DNA of 32,000 nt, taken from an uncultured Planctomycetia bacterium (lineage in GTDB: Bacteria > Omnitrophota > Gorgyraeia > Duberdicusellales > 4484-171). Below are positions 1 to 8,685 of the stretch, one piece after another (within the stretch, counting starts at the first letter, position 1; every line of letters starts with the position of its first letter). The notes below the pieces were generated by a model. That model saw nothing but the letters and a program-made list of their open reading frames with translations. It made no database searches and was not told the DNA's origin. A program made the position numbers and the translations under genes. The DNA lies in NCBI GenBank assembly GCA_964536865.1, contig CAZHYN010000004.1, positions 30,001 to 62,000 on the forward strand. The letters are read 5' to 3'.

Positions 1-1
1 T

Positions 2-529
2 AGCTTTTCTCGAGAAAAATTTATAAAAAGGATAAATTCTGATCTAGCTAATGATTTGGGGAATTTGGTATTTAGAGTGCTTAATATGAGTGAGAAATAC
101 TTTGGGGGAAAAGTTTCTTCTCTAAGAAGAGAACCGCCTTGGGAATTTAAATCTTCATTGGATGAGTTAAATAAGAGTTATACCTCCCTTATGGACAATT
201 TAGAATTTTATTCTGCTTTAGAAAAGATTTGGTCTTTTATAAATCTTATGAATAAATTTATTGAGGATAAGAAACCTTGGGTTATGTGGAAGGAAAAGAG
301 AATAGAGGAGTTAAAATACTTTCTACTTTCTCTTCTGGAGGGGATAAGAATAGTAACAGTGTATATCTCTCCTTTCCTTCCACAAGCAGTAGTAGATATT
401 CTGTCTCAGTTAGGTCAAAGTAGTTTAAAAGAGAATTTAACCTTAGAGGATGTGCGTTGGAAACCTCAAGGATTTATCACTCAGAAAGGAACTCCTCTTT
501 TTCCTCGGATAGATGAGAGTGTTCTTTAA
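2..529 (+). CDS. metG: methionyl-tRNA synthetase, C-terminal anticodon-binding part (5' end outside window)
   Basis: Frame is open from nt 2 (SFSREKFIKRINSDLANDLGNLVFRVLNM...). The SDLANDLGNL motif and the following KPW-containing helical domain are typical of class I MetRS. TAA stop at 527-529. Confidence 0.85.
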   Translation, partial: SFSREKFIKRINSDLANDLGNLVFRVLNMSEKYFGGKVSSLRREPPWEFKSSLDELNKSYTSLMDNLEFYSALEKIWSFINLMNKFIEDKKPWVMWKEKRIEELKYFLLSLLEGIRIVTVYISPFLPQAVVDILSQLGQSSLKENLTLEDVRWKPQGFITQKGTPLFPRIDESVL

Positions 530-555
530 GTTCTTTAATTGATAATTCTGTAAAC

Positions 556-594
556 CCCGAACCCCGCCCTTTCAAGGAAAGGGCGGGGTTCGGG
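556..594 (+). terminator. perfect 18-bp GC-rich hairpin downstream of metG (terminator-like)
   Basis: CCCGAACCCCGCCCTTTC-AAG-GAAAGGGCGGGGTTCGGG starts 27 nt after the metG stop. The trailing tract ATAAATCTTGTTTG is only weakly U-rich. Confidence 0.5.
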
Positions 595-612
595 ATAAAT
601 CTTGTTTGCAGT

Positions 613-1371
613 TTGATGGATTCTGGCATCCTGATAGATACACACTGTCATATAAATTCTCTAGATGACCACTCCAGAGAAGAGTTATTTGTTTTGGGGA
701 AAAAAAGGTTTATTTTTGTCGACGTAAGTACAGATTCCTCTAGTGCAAGGCTTTCTGTTGCCTTATCTTCTCAATATTCTTTTATCTACTCCTGTTTAGG
801 ATTTCATCCTTTAGGAGCTCACAATTTTAAGGAGGAAGTTATAGATGAGTTTGAAGAATTGTTTCATCAAAGTAAAAAGGTAGTAGGTATTGGAGAGATC
901 GGGATAGATTATAAATCTCAAGCATCTTTTAACACCCAAGTAAAGGTTTTTAAGAGATTTATAGAGTTAGCAAGAAGGTTAGATCTGCCAATAGTAGTGC
1001 ATAATCGATGGAACTCTTTGTCTTTGTTTGATATTCTAGATGGATATTTTTCTTCCTATCGTAAGATAATCTTTCATTGCTTCTCTCAAGACAGAAACAC
1101 ATTAGAAAGAATTTTGAGAAAAGATGGATGGGTTTCCTTCTCTCTAAATATATTAAGAGGAAAAAGAAAGCTTATTGAAGCTTTGAAAGTTGTTCCTTTC
1201 GAAAATCTTCTTCTAGAAACTGATTCCCCCTATATGTTCATAAATAGGAAAAAGTCTCACCCCTTAAATATAAAGGATGTGTATAATTTTGTTGCCCAGG
1301 TCAAGAATATCTCTTTAGAGGAGTTATCTCAAATAATTTTGGTTAACGCTAGAAAGGTTTTCAAAATCTAA
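613..1371 (+). CDS. tatD: TatD-family metal-dependent hydrolase/DNase
   Basis: IDTHCHIN, GEIGIDY, VVHNR, FHCFS and LLLETDSPYM match TatD metal-ligand motifs. TTG at 613 or ATG at 616. Confidence 0.85.
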   Translation: MMDSGILIDTHCHINSLDDHSREELFVLGKKRFIFVDVSTDSSSARLSVALSSQYSFIYSCLGFHPLGAHNFKEEVIDEFEELFHQSKKVVGIGEIGIDYKSQASFNTQVKVFKRFIELARRLDLPIVVHNRWNSLSLFDILDGYFSSYRKIIFHCFSQDRNTLERILRKDGWVSFSLNILRGKRKLIEALKVVPFENLLLETDSPYMFINRKKSHPLNIKDVYNFVAQVKNISLEELSQIILVNARKVFKI

Positions 1372-1617
1372 ATGTCTAAAGAATTAGCTGATAGAAATGG
1401 CTTTAAATTACTCTATCCTGAAAATTCTATTATTAGAGAAGATATATCTTTATCTTGGTGGGTAGATGGATTTAAGATTGTAAACTTACCTAAACTTAAA
1501 ACCCATGATATAATGGAGCTGATTTTAGTAATGAGGAATCTTTTGTGTTGTAACGAAGTATGTGAATTCTCTGCGATAAAATTGAATAAGAGTTTTCTTT
1601 TGAGACTAATTAGATAA
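1372..1617 (+). CDS. small hypothetical protein (81 aa); NLPKLKTH segment resembles a DUF362-type motif
   Basis: ATG follows the tatD TAA directly, and its own stop overlaps the mtnA ATG (TAATG), so it is embedded in the operon. No confident family assignment by eye. Confidence 0.45.
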   Translation: MSKELADRNGFKLLYPENSIIREDISLSWWVDGFKIVNLPKLKTHDIMELILVMRNLLCCNEVCEFSAIKLNKSFLLRLIR

Positions 1618-2657
1618 TGACTTCTGCACTCATTTTTAAAAATCAGAAGCTATACTATTTAGACCAAAGAAAACTTCCTTTAAAGGAAGAATGGAAAGAA
1701 TGTAAAAATCTTAGAGAAGCCTTTTTAGCTATAAGGGAGTTAAGGATAAGAGGAGCTCCTCTTATTGGAGTATTTGCTGGCTACAGTGTGTATATTGCTA
1801 TGAAGAATCATAGAGAAAAGGGAGAGATTAAGTTTTTTAAATCCTTAGAAAGAGTGATTAGTTTTCTTAAGACCTCCAGACCCACAGCGGTAAATCTTTT
1901 TTGGGCTTTGGATAGAATAAAGAGGATTGTCTACCAAAATAAAGGCAAGAGTATAAAAGAATTGAAAGAATTGATTCTTAAAGAGGCAAAAATGATTCAT
2001 TATGAAGATATATTACTGTGTCGTAGAATATCTAGAAATGGCGTAAGGCTTATAAAAAAGGGAGATAGAATTTTGACCCATTGTAATACGGGGTTTCTAG
2101 CTACTTCAGGAGAAGGTACAGCCTTAGGAGTTATCTATGAGGGTGTTCGTCGCTATAAAAATATAAAAGTATACGTGGATGAGACCAGACCACTTCTGCA
2201 AGGTGCACGGTTAACTAGTTGGGAATTGACTAAAAGAAAGATTGACGCCACTCTTATTACTGACAATATGGCTGCTTATTTGATGCAGAGGAGAGAAATT
2301 GATAAAATATTCGTAGGAGCAGATAGAATTACTCGATGTGGAGATGTGGCCAATAAAATTGGAACTTATAATTTAGCAGTTTTAGCAAAGTATCATCACC
2401 TGCCCTTCTATGTAGTAGCTCCATCTACCAGTTTCGATCTCACTATAGAGAAAGGGGAGGAGATATCTATTGAGCAGAGAAGTCCTGATGAGGTGAGGAA
2501 AGTATTAGGGAGAATATATATATCTCCTAAAAGAGTTAGAGTGTATAACCCTGCGTTTGATGTTACTCCTCACCGGTTAATCTCAGCAATAGTAACTGAT
2601 AGAGGGATAATCAAACCCCCGTTTAGGGAGAATATATTGAAGGTATTTTATGGATGA
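1617..2657 (+). CDS. mtnA: S-methyl-5-thioribose-1-phosphate isomerase (eIF-2B alpha/beta/delta family)
   Basis: LDQRKLP, IRGAPLIG, RPTAVNL, THCNTG, ETRPLLQGARLT, GADRI, NKIGTY and NPAFDVTP are characteristic MtnA motifs. Confidence 0.85.
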   Translation: MTSALIFKNQKLYYLDQRKLPLKEEWKECKNLREAFLAIRELRIRGAPLIGVFAGYSVYIAMKNHREKGEIKFFKSLERVISFLKTSRPTAVNLFWALDRIKRIVYQNKGKSIKELKELILKEAKMIHYEDILLCRRISRNGVRLIKKGDRILTHCNTGFLATSGEGTALGVIYEGVRRYKNIKVYVDETRPLLQGARLTSWELTKRKIDATLITDNMAAYLMQRREIDKIFVGADRITRCGDVANKIGTYNLAVLAKYHHLPFYVVAPSTSFDLTIEKGEEISIEQRSPDEVRKVLGRIYISPKRVRVYNPAFDVTPHRLISAIVTDRGIIKPPFRENILKVFYG

Positions 2658-3495
2658 AATAGGTTGGGTTGATTTTCTAAAACGTTACTTAGGGAGCTCA
2701 AAAAAAGTGATAGCTTCTTTTGGAGAGGATTGCGCAATAGTAAAAGACAAGGATAAATTTATTCTTTTGAGTAGTGACTTATTCATAGAAGGTGTACATT
2801 TTGACTTAAAGAAGATAAGTTTTAAAAACTTGGGGAAGAGAGCGGTAGCAAGAGCTGTCTCTGATATAGTTGCTTGTGCTGGTATACCTAAATTTTTAGG
2901 AGTTTCCTTAGGTATTTCTCCTTCCTTAACTTTTAGAGAATTAAAGAGTATAATCCTAGGAGTGAAGGAAATATGTAGAGCTTTCCAAATAGAGTTTGTA
3001 GGAGGAGATACTGCTAAGGCAAAGTTTTTGTTCTTGGATGTATGGGTAGTGGGAGAAACACAAAAGTATGTACTAAGAAGCTCAGCCAAGGAAGGAGACT
3101 ATATTTTTCTTACAGGAAGATTAGGAGAATTAAAGTTTAACCAAGTTCCTCACTTAAGAATTAGAGAGATTCATAGATTAGTAGAGAAGTTTAAAATAAA
3201 TGCTATGATTGATATTTCTGATGGGTTTGTTCTTGATTTATGGCGTCTTTTAAGAGAAAGTAGGAAAGGAGCTCTAATTTATTTGGAAAATTTACCCCTT
3301 ACTCGAGGAATAAGAGATATCTACCGAGGAGAGGATTATGAGTTAATTTTTACTGTGTCTATAGATCAAGATTTATCACTCCTTAAGAGGAAGTATTTCC
3401 TCGTAGGAGAAATCAAGAATAAAGAATTTGGTTATAAAATAAAATCTAAAGAAGGAATCAAGAAGCTCAAGATAAAAGGATTTCTTCATTTTTAA
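2650..3495 (+). CDS. thiL: thiamine-monophosphate kinase
   Basis: GEDCAIV, EGVHF, SDIVACAG, VGGDT, DISDGFVLDL and GEDYELIFTV follow the ThiL/AIR-synthase-related pattern. 8-nt overlap with mtnA. Confidence 0.8.
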   Translation: MDEIGWVDFLKRYLGSSKKVIASFGEDCAIVKDKDKFILLSSDLFIEGVHFDLKKISFKNLGKRAVARAVSDIVACAGIPKFLGVSLGISPSLTFRELKSIILGVKEICRAFQIEFVGGDTAKAKFLFLDVWVVGETQKYVLRSSAKEGDYIFLTGRLGELKFNQVPHLRIREIHRLVEKFKINAMIDISDGFVLDLWRLLRESRKGALIYLENLPLTRGIRDIYRGEDYELIFTVSIDQDLSLLKRKYFLVGEIKNKEFGYKIKSKEGIKKLKIKGFLHF

Positions 3496-3497
3496 AG

Positions 3498-3917
3498 ATG
3501 GAATTTATAACCGCTTCAGAGGAAGAAACAAAACTTTTGGCTTCTAAGTTTTCTAAAAATCTAAAGATAGGAGATGTAATTCTCTTAATTGGTCCTTTAG
3601 GGGTGGGTAAGACAGTATTTGCAAAAGGGATTCTTAAAGGGTTAGGAGAGAAGGAGGAGAGAGTAAGAAGTCCTTCTTTTACTCTTATAAGAGAATATCA
3701 AACTAAGCGAGGCAAGGTATATCATATCGATTTGTATCGGGTAAGGAGAAAGAAGGAACTGATAAACTTAGGATATCAGGATTACTTTTATTCTCCATCT
3801 GCTATCGTACTGATTGAGTGGGCAAATAAAGTGGAGAGGTTAATTCCTAAAAGTAAAAAGGTAGTTATAGATTTTTTAGGAATTAATACAAGGAGAGTAA
3901 AGATAGTAGAGAAGTAA
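3498..3917 (+). CDS. tsaE: tRNA t6A37 biosynthesis ATPase TsaE
   Basis: P-loop GPLGVGKT, SPSFTLIREY, HIDLYR and IEW, with the typical size of 139 aa. Confidence 0.85.
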   Translation: MEFITASEEETKLLASKFSKNLKIGDVILLIGPLGVGKTVFAKGILKGLGEKEERVRSPSFTLIREYQTKRGKVYHIDLYRVRRKKELINLGYQDYFYSPSAIVLIEWANKVERLIPKSKKVVIDFLGINTRRVKIVEK

Positions 3918-3924
3918 AAGTTAT

Positions 3925-4593
3925 ATGGTCCTTTTAGGTATTGAGGCTTCTTCAGAAATTATCTCTCTGGGTGCGGTAGACAATAAAAGAGTGATTTTTA
4001 AGTTTAAGAAAAAGCTGAGGAAAGGGGCATCCTACATAGTAGCTTATCTTGAGAGATATTTAAAAAAGAATCTTTTAAGGTGGGAGGATGTAAGTTCTCT
4101 GGTAATAGGGAAAGGACCGGGATCTTTTACTAGTTTAAGAGTGTCTTTTAGTGTAATAAAGGGATTAGCGGTAGCTTTAAATAAACCTGTAATAGCTTTG
4201 GGTAGTTTTTTTTCTATAGCTCATAAACTGAGAAGCAAGTTTCACAAACTTGCAGTAGTCTGTGATGCTCGGAGAAATCTAATTTATGCGGCTACTTTCA
4301 GAGTTAGGAATTATACTCGATTAATAAGGAAAAGGAAAGAAAATCTATATTCCTTAGAGGAGTTTGTTCAACTTTATCCCGATTATCTTTACGTAACTTA
4401 TCATAGTCATATAAGAGAAAATGCAAGGAAGATTTTCCCTCAGATAAATTTTTATCCATTAGATATATATCCTGATGTTATTTATCTTTTGGAGATAGCT
4501 AAAGATTTTTATAGGAGAAGATTGTTTACAACATTGGAGAGTTTGGAGCCTTTATATATTTACCCTAAGGAGTGCCAGATAAAGAATGTTTAG
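3925..4593 (+). CDS. tsaB: tRNA t6A37 biosynthesis protein TsaB
   Basis: GPGSFTSLRV motif, about 220 aa, immediately downstream of tsaE. Confidence 0.75.
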   Translation: MVLLGIEASSEIISLGAVDNKRVIFKFKKKLRKGASYIVAYLERYLKKNLLRWEDVSSLVIGKGPGSFTSLRVSFSVIKGLAVALNKPVIALGSFFSIAHKLRSKFHKLAVVCDARRNLIYAATFRVRNYTRLIRKRKENLYSLEEFVQLYPDYLYVTYHSHIRENARKIFPQINFYPLDIYPDVIYLLEIAKDFYRRRLFTTLESLEPLYIYPKECQIKNV

Positions 4594-5689
4594 ACCTCTA
4601 TGGATAGAGATTAAACTAGGAAATTTAAGAAAGAACTTATCTTTAGTAAGGAGATATGTTGGAGAGTCTGTAAAGATCTTAGCTACCGTTAAACAGAATG
4701 CTTACGGTCATGGTCTTATAAGGATAGCTAAGGAGTTAGATAATTTAGGAGTGAACTTTTTTGGTGTGGGAAGTCTTGAGGAGGCTATAGCTTTGAGGGA
4801 AGCTGGGATTAAGAAGCCAATTTTAGTTCTTACTGCTTTACTTCCTTCTACAATAAAGCTTCTCATAAAGTATAGAGTGAGGCCTACTGTAGTGGATTTA
4901 GCTTTTGCTAGAAGATTAGACAAAGAGGCGAAGAGGTTAGCTAAAAAAGTTGATATACATATAAAAGTAGATACAGGAATGGGGAGATTAGGAGTTTGGT
5001 GGGAAGATGCTAAGAAGTTTATCTGCAAAGTTTGCAACCTAAAAAATCTATATGTAGAGGGACTTTTTACTCACTTTTCCTCTGCGGATACCGACTATTC
5101 TTTTACTACATTCCAGATTAAGTCTTTTAATACTCTGATTAAGGAATGTGCAAAGGAAGGGATATTTTTTAAGTACCTCCATTCCGCTAATAGTATTGCA
5201 CTCATTAAGTACAAGAGCTCGCATTTTAATTTAGTAAGGCCAGGTTTGATTCTCTATGGGATAAATCCTTACTCCAAGATGAATATTGAGTTAGCGCCTT
5301 TACTTTCTTTAAAATCAAAAGTTATATTTTTAAAGAAAGTGGACAGAGGACGAAGTATAAGCTACGGAAGGACCTATATAACTAAAAGACCTACCACTAT
5401 TGCTACTGTAGGATGTGGGTATGCCGATGGATATCCTTTTGTTCTATCTAATCGAGGCAAAGTAATTATAAAAGGAGAGTTCTTTAATATAGTAGGAAGA
5501 GTATGTATGGATCACTTTATGATTGAGGTAGGGAGTAATGAGAAGATAAAAATAAGAGATACAGTTACCCTCATAGGGAAAGAAAAAAATGCTTACTTGA
5601 AGGCAGAAGATTTGGCAAGATGGGCAAATACTATACCTTATGAGATTGTAAGTAGATTATCTTTAAGTATTCCCCGTATTTATAAATAA
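4586..5689 (+). CDS. alr: alanine racemase
   Basis: PLP-lysine motif VKQNAYGHG, full-length TIM-barrel plus beta-domain layout, 367 aa. Confidence 0.9.
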   Translation: MFRPLWIEIKLGNLRKNLSLVRRYVGESVKILATVKQNAYGHGLIRIAKELDNLGVNFFGVGSLEEAIALREAGIKKPILVLTALLPSTIKLLIKYRVRPTVVDLAFARRLDKEAKRLAKKVDIHIKVDTGMGRLGVWWEDAKKFICKVCNLKNLYVEGLFTHFSSADTDYSFTTFQIKSFNTLIKECAKEGIFFKYLHSANSIALIKYKSSHFNLVRPGLILYGINPYSKMNIELAPLLSLKSKVIFLKKVDRGRSISYGRTYITKRPTTIATVGCGYADGYPFVLSNRGKVIIKGEFFNIVGRVCMDHFMIEVGSNEKIKIRDTVTLIGKEKNAYLKAEDLARWANTIPYEIVSRLSLSIPRIYK

Positions 5690-5691
5690 CT

Positions 5692-6777
5692 TTATCTGAG
5701 AAGAAGGAGAGCGCTTATTCCTGCAGTAAAGAAGAATAAAGGTGCTGTCCATACACACAAAGAAGGCAGAAGTACTCCTGCTTTACCTAAGGCTAAACTT
5801 ACTGAAAATATTAGATAATAAAGAAAACTAAAAATAAAGGCTAAGCCTAGAGAAGAGAGGGCAACCCTGCGTTTTCTTATTTCTAATACAAAAGGAAGTG
5901 CTCCTATTATGAGAAAAAAATGAGAAAAAGGTTGTGCTATCTTCTGATGGAATTGGATAGTAAGATTAGAGAGAATATTATATGCCTTTATCTTAATAAG
6001 TCGATGTATTTCTTTTCTTAAGTCTTTGAGAGAGAGAAATTCTCCTAAGGCAGTTCTCTTGATTAAAAGCTCCTCTGGCTTTTCTTCTAACTCTATTACT
6101 TTGGTCTTAAAGTATAAAGGTCTGTTGGAAATTTTTCCTTGGAAGTTCACCTTATAGGAGATAACCTCATTTGCTACCCACATACCTTTTAAGTAAATCA
6201 TCTTTTTTATCATCATTTTTTCCGTAATGTTCCCCTGATTATCTTCTTTAAAAATTACTACTTCCTTTAGGGATTTCTGATGAGGAATAAAGCGAGATAC
6301 AAAAAAGAACATATTTTGATATCTGAAGGTAATATTCTTCCTCTGTGAAGATATTTTTTTCTTCTTTATATATTTTATCTTTATTTCCTCTACTTTTTCT
6401 TGTGAGATAAATAGTAATCTCTCTTGAATAAGTAAAGAGGTAGATGAAACTATGAAAGATAAAATTAGTGCTGCTAAAGAGATTCTAAAGACACTTAACC
6501 CAAAGGTTCGCATGCCCAGAACCTCGTTACTTTTATTCAACCTTGCAAATGTATAAATGGTACTTATGAGAAGAGAAAAAGGACTTACTCTTAAAAGTAT
6601 TAAAGGCAGGTTATAAAAATAGTAGGTTACTAAAATATTAAAAGGAATTTTGGTTTCTAAAAAACTTCCTAAATTAGAGAAAAGGTCCACAATTACATAT
6701 AATCCTATAAAAGCAGAAAGTACGGTGAGGTAACTTTTTACAATTTTGAGAGAAATATATCTGTCTAGAATGTACAT
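5692..6777 (-). CDS. lptG: LPS export ABC permease, LptG-like (YjgP/YjgQ family)
   Basis: Transmembrane helices, periplasmic beta-jellyroll insert, then three more helices. It is the second gene of a paralogous pair. Confidence 0.7.
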   Translation of the reverse strand: MYILDRYISLKIVKSYLTVLSAFIGLYVIVDLFSNLGSFLETKIPFNILVTYYFYNLPLILLRVSPFSLLISTIYTFARLNKSNEVLGMRTFGLSVFRISLAALILSFIVSSTSLLIQERLLFISQEKVEEIKIKYIKKKKISSQRKNITFRYQNMFFFVSRFIPHQKSLKEVVIFKEDNQGNITEKMMIKKMIYLKGMWVANEVISYKVNFQGKISNRPLYFKTKVIELEEKPEELLIKRTALGEFLSLKDLRKEIHRLIKIKAYNILSNLTIQFHQKIAQPFSHFFLIIGALPFVLEIRKRRVALSSLGLAFIFSFLYYLIFSVSLALGKAGVLLPSLCVWTAPLFFFTAGISALLLLR

Positions 6778-7847
6778 CTTATTAGAAGGTAGATGCCCAA
6801 TATTAGAAAGATTATGTTAGGGATCCACATTCCTAAAGAGGAGACTACGATATTAGATTTCGCCAGAGTTTCTCCTAAGATTAAAAGGAGATAGTAACTA
6901 ACGGCAAGAAGAAAAGTTACCCCAAAGTTAATCGATTTCTCTCTATGCCGCACCCGTGTTGCTATTCCAAACCCCAAGATTACGAATATTAAAGGTGAAA
7001 GGGAGATGCTAATTCTTTTGTGAAATTCTATAATGAGGTCTTTGGGGAAAATTTTAAGATTTCTGAGATAAGCTATTTTTTCTTTTAGCTCTTCCATAGT
7101 TAAATCTTTCGGTTTCTTTTTAATTGGAGTTTTAATTTTCTCTTCTATAGGTATATCCATAAAAAATATTTTGAAACTTAATCTGTAGAGTTCGTTTCTG
7201 TCCTTAGGATTTATTTCATCCCTAAATCCATTTTCTAATTTCAATTTTAAAATTTTTTCCTGAGAGATGAATTCTCCTTTTTTAGCAAAAGTAATCTGCT
7301 TCAAACTATCATTTTCTATCTGATAAATAAAGATATTCTTCATTTTATTTCCTTTAACATCTCCCACATAAAGGATGTAGTTACCAAAATTTTCCAAAAA
7401 TATGCCTGGTTCAATCACTGCAGAGATATTCTTTCTATATAAGTTTTTTATGCGTCGATAATAGCGATAGTGAAAATTAGGGAGTATCTTATCATTGAGA
7501 ATGAAGAGGCACGCAGAGAAGATGACCCCTAAGATTAGGAATATTCTTAAGATTCTTGCTAAGGATATTCCTGCCACATGCATAGCTACAATCTCATTAT
7601 CAGCAATTAGCCTTCCTAAGGAGAGGAGGATTCCTAAGAGGAGAGATAGAGGTATAGTAAATCTCAAAAGATAAGGAACAAAGAAAAGAAAAAGTGCTGT
7701 TGCATCTTTTAAAGCTACGCCCTTCCTTATTACCATATCAGAAAGCTTTATAAGGTTACCCAAGACCATTACCATAGTAATGGAAAGAAGAGAAAAGGTG
7801 AATGCGGAAAAAAAATCTTTGAGGATATAGTTTCTGAGAATTCTCAT
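6765..7847 (-). CDS. lptF: LPS export ABC permease, LptF-like (YjgP/YjgQ family)
   Basis: Same architecture as its neighbour, and upstream member of the pair. 13-nt overlap with lptG. Confidence 0.7.
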   Translation of the reverse strand: MRILRNYILKDFFSAFTFSLLSITMVMVLGNLIKLSDMVIRKGVALKDATALFLFFVPYLLRFTIPLSLLLGILLSLGRLIADNEIVAMHVAGISLARILRIFLILGVIFSACLFILNDKILPNFHYRYYRRIKNLYRKNISAVIEPGIFLENFGNYILYVGDVKGNKMKNIFIYQIENDSLKQITFAKKGEFISQEKILKLKLENGFRDEINPKDRNELYRLSFKIFFMDIPIEEKIKTPIKKKPKDLTMEELKEKIAYLRNLKIFPKDLIIEFHKRISISLSPLIFVILGFGIATRVRHREKSINFGVTFLLAVSYYLLLILGETLAKSNIVVSSLGMWIPNIIFLILGIYLLIRCTF

Positions 7848-8554
7848 CGTACTCTAGCTAAGGTTATAACGGTAATAGATGAGGCTCCTTTTTCTTTCAG
7901 TACCTTACTGCACTCCGAGACAGTAGCTTTTGTAGTTACTACATCATCAACTAATATTATATTTTTCCCTGTAAGGTCGCCTTGAGCATAAAATTTCCCT
8001 TTTATATTTATGATTCTTTCTCGGAAGTTAAATTGAGTTTGTGTTTTGTAGTATTTTGTGCATATAAGAGTATTTTTGCTGTGGGGAATATTCAGAGAGA
8101 GAGATAACTCCTCAGCTAGAAGTTGAGATTGATTATATCCCTTTTCTCTTATCCGGAGAGGGTGAGAGGGTACGTTTACTATAAGGTTATAGGGGATAAA
8201 ATCAAAGCCTATTCTTTTTAGATGAGTTACCATCAGGGAAGTAAAGAACTTTTTTAAGAAGGCATACTCTTTATATTTAAAAAGGTGAATAAGAGAGCTC
8301 AAGGGATTTTGATAAAGAGCTACACTTATAAGCTGGTCATAAAAGAAATATTTATTTCTACAGTTTCTACATAAGTTCGTTTCTGGATTTACAGGAAGGG
8401 AGCACATTTTACATAGGGGAGGAGTTAAAAAGACTATTTTTTCAAAGCATGACTGGCAGAGAATTCCTTCTTTTATTTTTCTTTCACATATAAAACATAC
8501 AGAAGGAAAGAAGATTCCTTTTAGAGTTTCCCACCAAGAGTTACTTCCTTTCAT
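7844..8554 (-). CDS. comF: ComF-family protein (Cys-rich zinc finger plus phosphoribosyltransferase domain)
   Basis: N-terminal CxxC...CxxC...CxxC...CxxC and C-terminal PRTase motif IILVDDVVTTKATV. 4-nt overlap with lptF. Confidence 0.8.
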   Translation of the reverse strand: MKGSNSWWETLKGIFFPSVCFICERKIKEGILCQSCFEKIVFLTPPLCKMCSLPVNPETNLCRNCRNKYFFYDQLISVALYQNPLSSLIHLFKYKEYAFLKKFFTSLMVTHLKRIGFDFIPYNLIVNVPSHPLRIREKGYNQSQLLAEELSLSLNIPHSKNTLICTKYYKTQTQFNFRERIINIKGKFYAQGDLTGKNIILVDDVVTTKATVSECSKVLKEKGASSITVITLARVR

Positions 8555-8561
8555 GGATTTT

Positions 8562-8590
8562 ATTTTAATTTATTAACAGAGGATTGTAAA
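8562..8590 (-). promoter_or_regulatory. candidate sigma70-type promoter for comF-lptFG
   Basis: On the minus strand: TTTACA, 17 nt, TAAAAT, 7 nt, ATG of comF. AT-rich context raises the chance of a random match. Confidence 0.4.
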
Positions 8591-8685
8591 CTGATTTCTT
8601 AAAAGCTTATTTTTGAATTCCTCTGAATTTCTTGATTTGAGGGAGTAAATATGGTAAAAAGAAAGCAGAGAGGAGGTGATAAATT

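Noticed and set aside
5687-5694. Convergent alr and lptG stops only 2 nt apart, with no terminator
   Set aside because: Real, but it is an ordinary consequence of extreme gene packing in this genome, and no structure is present to interpret.
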